From the IMG/VR virus record IMGVR_UViG_3300008262_003210: a DNA stretch of 64,000 nt; one strand, 5' to 3'. The position numbers and the translations under genes were made by a program. Below the pieces are notes generated by a model that made no database searches, was not told the DNA's origin, and saw only the letters and a program-made list of their open reading frames with translations. The DNA comes from a virus. Taxonomy: Duplodnaviria > Caudoviricetes. Below, one piece after another: positions 17,048 through 25,513 of this stretch (positions within the stretch are counted from its first letter, which is position 1; every line of letters starts with the position of its first letter).

Positions 17048-17918
17048 TTTAGTAGTGGGTATGGGCATAGGACAGTTATACAAAACTGTTCTAGAAAAGC
17101 TCGGCCACGAAGTTGTTACTGTTGACCAAGATATAAGCAAAGGTGCTATGTTGCCTAGTGTAGATTCAGCAATGCTAGTGCATGGTCCTTTCGACACCGT
17201 ACATATTTGCACACCAAATTTTACACATTTTCAGTTAGCGGCTAAGGTTGCACCTGTTAGTAAAATAGTGTTTATCGAAAAACCTGGGGTTGCTAATGCA
17301 GATAATTGGGCTACCTTATCACATACATTTAAAGATACACGTTTCATGATGGTTAAAAACAACATGTGGCGGAGTAATATAAACGAGTTAAAAGAATTAG
17401 CTACTAAAGCCAAAAAAGTTGAAATTACATGGGCAAGAAAGAATTGTATCCCTAGTCCAGGCAGTTGGTTTACTACTCGTAAATTAGCATTCGGTGGTGT
17501 TAGTAGAGACCTTATGCCGCACTTATTAAGTCTTTATATTGCTATGAATCCCACTTGGCGCAGAGAACAACAAACTGGGAAACATTCATTGCAATGCTGG
17601 AATCTAGAAAGTATTGATAGTACCGAGTATGGAATAATAAATCCAAAAGGCACATATGATGTAGATGACCGCTGTCATCTACTGTTCGGTGATAAGTGGC
17701 AGTTACTAGCAGACTGGCGCACTATGAAAGAAGATGATAGTTCTATCAAGTTTATCATGGAAGATAACAGTGAAGAACGGTTTGAATTAGGTTGGTGTCC
17801 TGAAGAGGCATATCTAAATATGATTAAAGATGCAGTTGCTAATGTAGACGATGATGATTTTTGGCAACAACAGTTAGAATACGATTATTGGATCCATCAA
17901 AGGATTGAAAACTTATGA
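17034..17918 (+). CDS. Gfo/Idh/MocA family NAD(P)-dependent oxidoreductase
   Basis: VVGMGIG Rossmann motif, ICTPNFTH, FIEKPG and DLMPH. Confidence 0.85.
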   Translation: MSKRSLVVGMGIGQLYKTVLEKLGHEVVTVDQDISKGAMLPSVDSAMLVHGPFDTVHICTPNFTHFQLAAKVAPVSKIVFIEKPGVANADNWATLSHTFKDTRFMMVKNNMWRSNINELKELATKAKKVEITWARKNCIPSPGSWFTTRKLAFGGVSRDLMPHLLSLYIAMNPTWRREQQTGKHSLQCWNLESIDSTEYGIINPKGTYDVDDRCHLLFGDKWQLLADWRTMKEDDSSIKFIMEDNSEERFELGWCPEEAYLNMIKDAVANVDDDDFWQQQLEYDYWIHQRIENL

Positions 17919-18811
17919 CACGCTGTTTACAAACAACAGGGCAAGGCTACTTTGAAGAAGTAGAATATAATAAGCCAGAACCAGGTCAGTATGAGATTGA
18001 AGTTAAAGCTGTAATGACCGGAGTTTGCCGAAGCGACATTGATATGATGATGGGAAATTTTGGACCATTACCATTACACATGCAAGGTCATGAAGGATTA
18101 GGAATTGTAACTAAAGTAGGCACAGGTGTTGCTAAGGTACAGGTCGGGGACATTGTTGCTACCCGCGGTGAACCTGCGTATGCCGATTATTACAACACTA
18201 AGATTGAAGAATTTGTTGTAGTTCCAGAAGCCAACCCCAAATACATATTAGAACCAGTTGCTTGTGGTATTAACCTTATTAATCAAGCCAAAGAAGAAAT
18301 TGAAAAACGTCAAGGTATCAACTCTAAGATGTTAATTTTAGGTAGCGGATTTCTTGCTTGGGTTGCGTTTCATACTATGCGGTTGAATGGTTTCATTTAT
18401 CAAGTGGATGTGTTAGGTTCTAATAACTTAGAACTTTGGGGAGATAGGCTATTGATGGCAACTACTGAAAGTTATGATGTAGTTGTAGACGTAAGTGGCA
18501 AGTACGGGCTGGGTACATACATAAACCTAAATAACAATGCATTAGTTATTGATGCAGTTGGCAAGACTATTGATAAAAAAGAAGCCGAAACAATGTTATG
18601 GAAGGCTGTCACTACTGTCAGACCTAGTCCACGTAATCAACAATTTATCGAATGTATGCATTTTGCCAAACACTGGATTGAAAACGGCTATCTAGAGGTT
18701 GATAGTTTTTGGACTAGAGCATATAATCGTGATACAGAGTGGCAACAAGCGTTTGCGGATGGTATGGATCGTCCAAACGGTTACAGCAGAGGTTATATTA
18801 AATGGGACTAA
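17915..18811 (+). CDS. Zn-dependent medium-chain (MDR) alcohol/polyol dehydrogenase
   Basis: GVCRSD, GHEG, VGDIV, LEPVAC and ILGSGFLA; no structural-Zn Cys lobe. Confidence 0.85.
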   Translation: MTRCLQTTGQGYFEEVEYNKPEPGQYEIEVKAVMTGVCRSDIDMMMGNFGPLPLHMQGHEGLGIVTKVGTGVAKVQVGDIVATRGEPAYADYYNTKIEEFVVVPEANPKYILEPVACGINLINQAKEEIEKRQGINSKMLILGSGFLAWVAFHTMRLNGFIYQVDVLGSNNLELWGDRLLMATTESYDVVVDVSGKYGLGTYINLNNNALVIDAVGKTIDKKEAETMLWKAVTTVRPSPRNQQFIECMHFAKHWIENGYLEVDSFWTRAYNRDTEWQQAFADGMDRPNGYSRGYIKWD

Positions 18812-19374
18812 ACACTGAAGAACGACAAGACGTTGTTTACTTTACAGGGTATGAAGTCGAACATACTATTTGCTATGGTATGTTTACATTGTTTGTTGTA
18901 GGTACGCCGCCTTTAGAAGAAATTTTGCGTAAGGCAGACGACACTCAGTCAATGCTAGACGAAAACAAACGTATCAAACATATTTACTTTGGTACAAGTC
19001 AGAGTTTTAATCCAAAAGCTATGACTCATGGAGAATATAAAGCATGGGATGAAGTTATCTTTGGATGCTTAAAGAAAGACTACTGGGTGACTTTAGACTT
19101 TGGTGTCGAACACACAGAAGGCGTAATTGAATCTGGTTATTCCGAATATCCTAGATTTGTTCCTATGATTAGTGTAAAATTACCGTACATTAATCAATTC
19201 AACTATAATGCCACACTTAAACTGGATGACCGAACTTGGGGTGCTACAAATCCAGGTGTGTGGACACATCACCTACAGAGCCTGATGAGTAAAGACAAGT
19301 ATACTCATTGGGATCAGTACACTCAAGATACACAACTATTATTATCAGACAAGATCAAAGACCTAACAAAATGA
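18802..19374 (+). CDS. hypothetical protein embedded in the deazaguanine operon
   Basis: 190-aa ORF overlapping both neighbours. Confidence 0.75.
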   Translation: MGLNTEERQDVVYFTGYEVEHTICYGMFTLFVVGTPPLEEILRKADDTQSMLDENKRIKHIYFGTSQSFNPKAMTHGEYKAWDEVIFGCLKKDYWVTLDFGVEHTEGVIESGYSEYPRFVPMISVKLPYINQFNYNATLKLDDRTWGATNPGVWTHHLQSLMSKDKYTHWDQYTQDTQLLLSDKIKDLTK

Positions 19375-19733
19375 TATGGGTTACCTTCCGCAAAGAAGGC
19401 ATACATAAATACCCTGCGGCGCTGACAGATTCGGCGTTGGCTACAGGAGATGAATATGATGTATCGTTTTTGGGTTATCCTCATCGCCACATCTTTCATT
19501 TCAGGGTGTGGATCAATGTGCTCCATAATGACAGGGACATCGAGTTCATCCAGTTCAAACGATGGCTCGAGTCGTTGTATAATGGTCAAGGTGCCGTTCT
19601 AAGCCTTGACTATAAAAGTTGCGAAATGATGTCAGATGATTTACATGACATTATCAGCAAAAAGTATCCAGGCCGTGAGGTTTGGATTGAGGTCTCCGAA
19701 GACGGAGAAAATGGTTCATTTATCAAATATTAA
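19371..19733 (+). CDS. queD: QueD-like / 6-pyruvoyl-tetrahydropterin synthase-like T-fold protein (may start at ATT 19338)
   Basis: GIHKYP, YPHRHIFHF (HxH metal motif) and KSCEM. Confidence 0.7.
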   Translation: MIWVTFRKEGIHKYPAALTDSALATGDEYDVSFLGYPHRHIFHFRVWINVLHNDRDIEFIQFKRWLESLYNGQGAVLSLDYKSCEMMSDDLHDIISKKYPGREVWIEVSEDGENGSFIKY

Positions 19734-19747
19734 AATAAGAGGCTATA

Positions 19748-20011
19748 ATGGCTAAGAATTACAAGGATTATTCCTATTTCGAAAATCGTCCTGATGTTGT
19801 CAAAATTTTTGACGACTTAGATAAATTACTTAACTTCTGTCGATTTGAGATGCTTCCGTTTAACGAAGCGGATCTATATAACAGACAAAGCCGTGTATGG
19901 CAACAGTACGAACGATTTGGTCGTCCACGTAAGCCATGGAACGGTGAGAAAAAGCCATGGAACGGTGAACGTAAACCTTACCAAGGCAATAAGCCACGTT
20001 ATAACCAATGA
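19748..20011 (+). CDS. hypothetical protein with a KPWNGE repeat tail
   Basis: 87-aa ORF; AAGCCATGGAACGGTGA duplicated at 19931 and 19952. Confidence 0.7.
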   Translation: MAKNYKDYSYFENRPDVVKIFDDLDKLLNFCRFEMLPFNEADLYNRQSRVWQQYERFGRPRKPWNGEKKPWNGERKPYQGNKPRYNQ

Positions 20012-21105
20012 CAGTATTCTTAGTTGACTTAGAAGCAGTTGACACACGGTACACGGGACAATGGAAGTCCCATGTACCTGCTCTCTTACGAAAGGCTGGA
20101 CACAATGTTCAAATTATTGACGGCCCTGAAGATATCCCTCGTGCTACCACTCCAGGCGCTTTTCTCAATTTTGGTGGTACTAACATATATAAGTCTGTAC
20201 AAGTTGAAAAAATTGGCAGACTATTTTGCGATGGACGCATTCATGCTGGCGACCACTTTATTTTTACTGATGCTTGGCATCCGGGCATTATAAATCTAAA
20301 ATACATGAGTGAACTATTACAAACTCCTGTAAAAATTCACGCATTATGGCATGCTGGTAGTTACGATCCAGCAGACTTTTTAGGCAGACTTATTGGTAAT
20401 AAACCTTGGGTTAGGCATGCCGAGAAAAGTTTTTTTGCTGCTATCGATTACAATTATTTTGCTACAGATTTTCATATTAAAATGTTTGTTACAAACCTTT
20501 TAAATGATTATCCTACAGAAAATCCGTGGTTAGGTGAAGATTTAGCAGAAATACTAGACGGAGGTTGGCCTAATATAGTACGTTCCGGGTGGCCAATGGA
20601 GTATATGGGAGACACTTTACTACCATATAAAAATATGCCCAAGCGTAATCTTATTCTTTTCCCACATCGTATTGCACCAGAAAAACAAGTTGAAATATTT
20701 AGAGATTTAAAAGAACACTTGCCTCAATACGAGTTTGTTATTTGTCAAGAACGAGAATTAACTAAAAACGAATATCATAATTTATTAGGCGAAGCTAAAA
20801 TAGTGTTTAGTGCTAACTTACAAGAAACACTAGGCATTAGTTGTTATGAAGGTGCTGTAGTTGATGCTATTCCTATGGTGCCAGATAGACTCAGTTACAC
20901 AGAAATGTATTACGATACTTTTAAATATCCAAGTCATTGGACAGAAAATTTTGAAGCATACGATGCTCATCGTCCATTGTTATGCAGTAAAATTATACAG
21001 TTTATGGATAATCACTCAAAATTCATACCGACTGTACGTAAACAAGCGAGAGATTTACATGACAGATTTTTCAGCGCAACCAAGTTGCTCAGTAACATCA
21101 ATTGA
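20008..21105 (+). CDS. GT-B fold glycosyltransferase (GT4-like)
   Basis: FPHRIAPEKQ and the E-x7-E motif ETLGISCYE, followed by VPDRLSYTEM. Confidence 0.8.
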   Translation: MTVFLVDLEAVDTRYTGQWKSHVPALLRKAGHNVQIIDGPEDIPRATTPGAFLNFGGTNIYKSVQVEKIGRLFCDGRIHAGDHFIFTDAWHPGIINLKYMSELLQTPVKIHALWHAGSYDPADFLGRLIGNKPWVRHAEKSFFAAIDYNYFATDFHIKMFVTNLLNDYPTENPWLGEDLAEILDGGWPNIVRSGWPMEYMGDTLLPYKNMPKRNLILFPHRIAPEKQVEIFRDLKEHLPQYEFVICQERELTKNEYHNLLGEAKIVFSANLQETLGISCYEGAVVDAIPMVPDRLSYTEMYYDTFKYPSHWTENFEAYDAHRPLLCSKIIQFMDNHSKFIPTVRKQARDLHDRFFSATKLLSNIN

Positions 21106-21511
21106 ATCGTTAGATTTATCAGCATTAGATACTATTACTCTTACAAATACAGGATCTAGTTATTCATCGGACACTTTTGTTGTTGACTTAGGAACTGGGT
21201 CTGGTGGTGGATCTTCTTATTACACTATAAACAATTCTGGAAGTTTTGGAACTATAACTACCACAACCATAGGCGGTGGCGGTAGTGGCTATGGATCTGG
21301 CTCAATAAATATTGGTCCTATAACTTCTCTCGATTTTAAAGACATGTTTAAGAACCAAGAATGGAAAACTGGATTTCCAGAATGGAATAGAATACAAAAA
21401 ATGTGTGAACAGTATCCTGGATTAAAAATTGCTTTTGAGAAATTTAAAACAACATATAAATTAGTTCAGGACGACTACGATGCACCGCCAGAAAAAAGAA
21501 TAAAACCATAA
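21059..21511 (+). CDS. hypothetical protein with a Ser/Thr/Gly-rich low-complexity N-terminus
   Basis: ATG 21059 in the 20861 frame. Confidence 0.6.
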   Translation: MTDFSAQPSCSVTSIESLDLSALDTITLTNTGSSYSSDTFVVDLGTGSGGGSSYYTINNSGSFGTITTTTIGGGGSGYGSGSINIGPITSLDFKDMFKNQEWKTGFPEWNRIQKMCEQYPGLKIAFEKFKTTYKLVQDDYDAPPEKRIKP

Positions 21512-21936
21512 TGAGCTATACTTATACAACAACCAACACAACAGGCGCAGGACTTAGTGGAACAGGCAGTACTGGTAATATTACACTAAATGGCGGTAGC
21601 CACATTTATACTACCAATACAGGTACAACTGGGCAATTTTTAACATCGTCTGGTAGTAATGGTACGGCGTGGACTATTGGTACTACCACTACTCCATACG
21701 ACAACGTAATGATTGTTAAAAACAGTCCGGCAGAACTAGAAGTCAAAGGTCGAATGGTTCTTAATGGTAGAGACTTAGAAGAACGATTAAAGATCATTGA
21801 AAAAGTATTGACTATTCCCGAACGAGATGTTAAACTAGAAAAGAAGCATCCAAAACTTAAAAAGATGCATGATGACTATATTAAGGAATTGTCCAAATAT
21901 AGAATGTGGGAATCAATTAAAGGAGATGACGAATGA
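21511..21936 (+). CDS. hypothetical protein with a Thr/Gly-rich N-terminus
   Basis: 141-aa ORF, TAATG-coupled. Confidence 0.7.
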   Translation: MSYTYTTTNTTGAGLSGTGSTGNITLNGGSHIYTTNTGTTGQFLTSSGSNGTAWTIGTTTTPYDNVMIVKNSPAELEVKGRMVLNGRDLEERLKIIEKVLTIPERDVKLEKKHPKLKKMHDDYIKELSKYRMWESIKGDDE

Positions 21937-22169
21937 GAGATTTACATCCTGACGTAGCACATACTGCCAATGAAATGATTATTAAAGAAAACGAAGGTTT
22001 TAGACTTCGTATGGAAAAATGGGAAAGCATAAATCCCAAAGGCTTGTTTGCCGTAGATTTGATTCAAGAAAGTCTTGATGAAGACGGAGATGTTTGTCAA
22101 ACTAGTACATATAGTTTTAATATGACTAAAGAAGAACTACAAACTCTTGCACACGGTTTAACTGCATGA
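21933..22169 (+). CDS. hypothetical protein
   Basis: 78-aa ORF with ATGA overlaps. Confidence 0.65.
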   Translation: MRDLHPDVAHTANEMIIKENEGFRLRMEKWESINPKGLFAVDLIQESLDEDGDVCQTSTYSFNMTKEELQTLAHGLTA

Positions 22170-22657
22170 AGAAAGTTTATTACACTTGGCAACAAGTAGA
22201 AGGTGCATGTTTAGACATTGCTAGACAAATGCATAGTCACTATTGGCGGCCGGATTATATTGTCGGTATTACAAGGGGCGGGCTTGTTCCTGCCAATTTG
22301 CTTAGTCAATATACTGGCATTAAGATGAACAGTCTTGATATTAGCCTGCGTGATGGCGGAGATTGTGTTAGCAATCTTGGCATGGCCGAAGATGCGTACA
22401 AAGGCAAAAATATTTTAATAGTTGACGACATTAATGATCAAGGGTCAACTGTTAATTGGATTAAAAATGATTGGCCTAGCGGTTGTTTTCCAGATGATCC
22501 TAAATGGAACAGCATCTGGGGAGATAATGTTCGTTTTGCAGTATTAACACACAATCAATCAAGTCAATTTAAAGATCCTGACTATTATGTCTGGACTGTA
22601 AACAAAGCAGAAGAGGACTGCTGGTTAGTATATCCTTGGGAGGAATTTTGGTTATGA
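22166..22657 (+). CDS. type I phosphoribosyltransferase (xanthine/guanine PRTase-like)
   Basis: IVGITRGG, PRPP-binding LIVDDINDQGST and C-terminal WLVYPWE. Confidence 0.88.
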   Translation: MKKVYYTWQQVEGACLDIARQMHSHYWRPDYIVGITRGGLVPANLLSQYTGIKMNSLDISLRDGGDCVSNLGMAEDAYKGKNILIVDDINDQGSTVNWIKNDWPSGCFPDDPKWNSIWGDNVRFAVLTHNQSSQFKDPDYYVWTVNKAEEDCWLVYPWEEFWL

Positions 22658-22854
22658 TAATTAAATCAATTTTTAAATTAATATTAGGTATTGTATTAAT
22701 ACTCGCTGTAATTATTCTCGGTCCAATACTAGGTATTTGGTCTTTAAATACATTATTTCCTGTACTTAATATTCCGTACACTTGGCAGACCTGGGCTGCA
22801 TTCTTGTTACTGTTTGGTAGTGTAACAGGACTAAGATTTGGATCAAGAAAATGA
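22654..22854 (+). CDS. small two-helix membrane protein
   Basis: Hydrophobic 66-aa ORF. Confidence 0.6.
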   Translation: MIIKSIFKLILGIVLILAVIILGPILGIWSLNTLFPVLNIPYTWQTWAAFLLLFGSVTGLRFGSRK

Positions 22855-23027
22855 GCTTAACTATTAACGCATTAAAAGAAAAAATTGCTAAAGTAGAACA
22901 GGACATGCTAGACTTACGATCAACAGGAGATGCTAGTCGTAAATTCGAAGTGTTAAGCGAGTATAAATCTTATTTAGAAGACGAACTTAGAATGCTAAAA
23001 GATGAAGAACGTAAATCAAAAACATAA
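22851..23027 (+). CDS. 58-aa coiled-coil protein (absent from the supplied ORF track)
   Basis: MSLTINALKEKIAKVEQDMLDLR..KSKT*; ATGA overlap; fills the gap. Confidence 0.65.
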   Translation: MSLTINALKEKIAKVEQDMLDLRSTGDASRKFEVLSEYKSYLEDELRMLKDEERKSKT

Positions 23028-23256
23028 AGCAGTAGGCGAAGAGTTTTTATTTCCTGATGCCGAAACAACTATTCGGTTAGCATGGGAAAATCAAAACAAA
23101 TATTGGTGGAACGAAGTTTGTGCCGATGTTGTTAAAGTATTTGGTTTACCTGGGGATCGTTTTACTAGTCACCCTACTCCAGACTACATGGATTTTCATT
23201 TTAAATCAAAAAAGGATGCGGATTTATGTCGTATAATGTTAAGCGAGAAACTGTAG
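23002..23256 (+). CDS. hypothetical protein
   Basis: 84-aa ORF. Confidence 0.6.
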   Translation: MKNVNQKHKAVGEEFLFPDAETTIRLAWENQNKYWWNEVCADVVKVFGLPGDRFTSHPTPDYMDFHFKSKKDADLCRIMLSEKL

Positions 23257-23447
23257 AAATTTCAATAGTTATTATAGCGTCTATAATAGCTGTGCTTGTT
23301 ATGATTTTTATATTTCCAAGACAACAAGGCCGATATTACGATTGTGGTATGGCAGAATGGCATCCTGATATTCCTAATAAAGTAAAAGAAGAATGTAGGA
23401 AAATTCGAACAGAAAACTTTAAAGAAAATTTGCAAAAACCTAAATAA
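23226..23447 (+). CDS. small membrane-anchored hypothetical protein
   Basis: N-terminal hydrophobic helix followed by CxxxxWHPD. Confidence 0.6.
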   Translation: MSYNVKRETVEISIVIIASIIAVLVMIFIFPRQQGRYYDCGMAEWHPDIPNKVKEECRKIRTENFKENLQKPK

Positions 23448-23458
23448 GAGTGTATAAT
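23430..23458 (+). promoter_or_regulatory. sigma70 promoter with an embedded late core, upstream of folE
   Basis: TTGCAA-17 nt-TATAAT; TAAATA at 23441-23446. Confidence 0.65.
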
Positions 23459-23500
23459 ACACAAATATGGCGATCCACCGCCTTAACTCGGAGATTATAA

Positions 23501-24337
23501 TTGACAACTAAATTTACACCAGATCCTGTATTAAATGCAGACACTAACAAAGACTTTGTTGAAGAAACATTCGAAGACAAGTATGTTCCTTTACCGCAAA
23601 AAGTTTATATAAAGGCCGGCGAAATGATGAGTGACAAAGGATATGAAGAAGCATATCTAGCAGATGTCATTCGTACTAAAATGAAACGTGAAAACAAACG
23701 TTTCTGGGCTGGAGATAACATTAGCGACTTCTTACATGAAGGCGATAAAGAAAAACTAATCGACGAAGCAACAGAAGCATTTGAACTAGTGCTTGATCGT
23801 TTGCTGATTGACAGAGAAAATGATCCTAACAGCAAAGGTACAGCAAGACGTCTTGCTAAAATGTACTTTAATGAAATAATGGCAGGTAGATATGAACAAG
23901 CACCAGAAGCAACAGCGTTCCCAAATGATACGGAGGACCGTTACGAAGGTATGTTGGTTGTTCGTAGCGAGCTTCGCAGTATGTGTAGCCATCATCACCA
24001 ACCCGTTGCTGGCGTTGCTTATATTGGCATTATTGCTGCCCAGAAGCTTATTGGTCTCAGCAAGTACACACGCATCGCCCAGTGGTGTGCCCGTCGAGGT
24101 ACTCTCCAGGAGGAACTTTGCAATGACATTGCTAGGGAAATCCAAAAAGCTACAGGAGCCAAAGACATAGGCGTGTACATTCAAGCAGTACACGGTTGCT
24201 GTGAGAACCGTGGTATTATGGCACATAGTAGTTTGACTCAGACTACAGTATTAAAAGGTGCATTTAAAGACGACCATGGAACTAAGAAAGAATTCATGGA
24301 TAATATTAAACTACAACAGGAGTTTGCCCCAAGATGA
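23501..24337 (+). CDS. folE: GTP cyclohydrolase I
   Basis: TARRLAKMY, SMCSHHHQP, GLSKYTR, LQEEL and HGCCENRG; TTG start after GGAG. Confidence 0.95.
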   Translation: MTTKFTPDPVLNADTNKDFVEETFEDKYVPLPQKVYIKAGEMMSDKGYEEAYLADVIRTKMKRENKRFWAGDNISDFLHEGDKEKLIDEATEAFELVLDRLLIDRENDPNSKGTARRLAKMYFNEIMAGRYEQAPEATAFPNDTEDRYEGMLVVRSELRSMCSHHHQPVAGVAYIGIIAAQKLIGLSKYTRIAQWCARRGTLQEELCNDIAREIQKATGAKDIGVYIQAVHGCCENRGIMAHSSLTQTTVLKGAFKDDHGTKKEFMDNIKLQQEFAPR

Positions 24338-24549
24338 CAACTGCAAATGAACTTACTCAACAATTAATTGACCGAGCTAAAAATTTAAAAGAATTCGTAG
24401 TTCGAAGAGAATTTGACTATATTCCAGCCGGTGTGGTCAAATTTAATGTTCAACATACACAAGGAGAACTAGCTCGTATATTTGTTCATGCTTTAACACA
24501 AGAAGAAGCAGAGCAAATGGTCGACGAATGGTTTAATGTTTATGGATGA
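24334..24549 (+). CDS. hypothetical protein
   Basis: 71-aa ORF with ATGA overlap. Confidence 0.6.
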   Translation: MTTANELTQQLIDRAKNLKEFVVRREFDYIPAGVVKFNVQHTQGELARIFVHALTQEEAEQMVDEWFNVYG

Positions 24550-24772
24550 TAAAAATTTAATTAATACCTATCATGAGTTTATGACACTAACTGATCGATT
24601 GCTAAGAGAAGAAGTTAGAGCAATCGAAATTGCACCGATATTAATTAAGTTAGGATTAGAAATTTACAAAACAGTTCTTCCAGAAAACGAATACGAACGT
24701 ATGGTCGATTATATCTATGCTCATAAAGACGAGATAAATGATCTAAAACATTTTTTACCGGAATTACATTAA
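24536..24772 (+). CDS. hypothetical protein
   Basis: 78-aa ORF. Confidence 0.6.
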   Translation: MFMDDKNLINTYHEFMTLTDRLLREEVRAIEIAPILIKLGLEIYKTVLPENEYERMVDYIYAHKDEINDLKHFLPELH

Positions 24773-25251
24773 TGAAAGCACAAGAGCCAGCAGAAGGTAT
24801 TTTAAAAAGTAGCGATTTTGGTGATAGTAAATTCTATCAAGTTGTTTGCGGGTGTGGACAACCATATCATTCCCATCAAGTCGAAGTAGAAGCAGATGAC
24901 ACCGGTGTCAATGTTAATATCTACGCATCTGCTCATACCAGCTACTGGAGTGAATTCATTAAAAAACGATATGACATTGATAGCATTTGGTTGCAAGAGC
25001 TCGATTGGGCAATAAAGGACCTAATTAATAGTTTTGTAAATCGAATTAAAGTAACATGGGAAGTTTGGACTACTGGTTCAATTAAAGTTGAAACTACTAT
25101 TGTTATGAGTGAGCAACAGGCTTTAAACTATGCAAAGACATTAGAAAATGCTATTACTGATGTAAAGAAATTTAAAGAAAAAAATAAAACAAATAAAAAC
25201 AACATCAACTCAATAACTAAAATTTTAGCAGAGGAAGGCGATTGTGTCTAA
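24772..25251 (+). CDS. hypothetical protein
   Basis: 159-aa ORF with CGCGQPYH. Confidence 0.65.
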   Translation: MKAQEPAEGILKSSDFGDSKFYQVVCGCGQPYHSHQVEVEADDTGVNVNIYASAHTSYWSEFIKKRYDIDSIWLQELDWAIKDLINSFVNRIKVTWEVWTTGSIKVETTIVMSEQQALNYAKTLENAITDVKKFKEKNKTNKNNINSITKILAEEGDCV

Positions 25252-25513
25252 TAAAATTCAAGAAATATTAGATATATTGCAAGAAGAATGTGGCGAACTG
25301 GTTGTTGCCGCTAGTAAAGTTCGTCGATTTGGCCTAGACAACAGTTATAAGGACGGCGGTACCCAGCGAGAACACTTGACACAAGAAGCAGGCGATGTTA
25401 TGCTAATGATTAATCTATTAGTCGAACAAGGTGTGTTTAGTAAAGACGAACTGTCAGCAGCACAGCATCGCAAACAAGAAAAACTTAAAGTGTGGTCAAA
25501 AATATATGAGTAA
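25244..25513 (+). CDS. MazG-like all-alpha NTP pyrophosphohydrolase
   Basis: LQEECGEL..LTQEAGDV (EExxE..ExxD); 89 aa. Confidence 0.7.
   Translation: MSNKIQEILDILQEECGELVVAASKVRRFGLDNSYKDGGTQREHLTQEAGDVMLMINLLVEQGVFSKDELSAAQHRKQEKLKVWSKIYE

Noticed and set aside
19931-19968. 17-bp duplicated sequence as a regulatory repeat
   Set aside because: It is in-frame coding duplication (KPWNGE twice) in a disordered tail.
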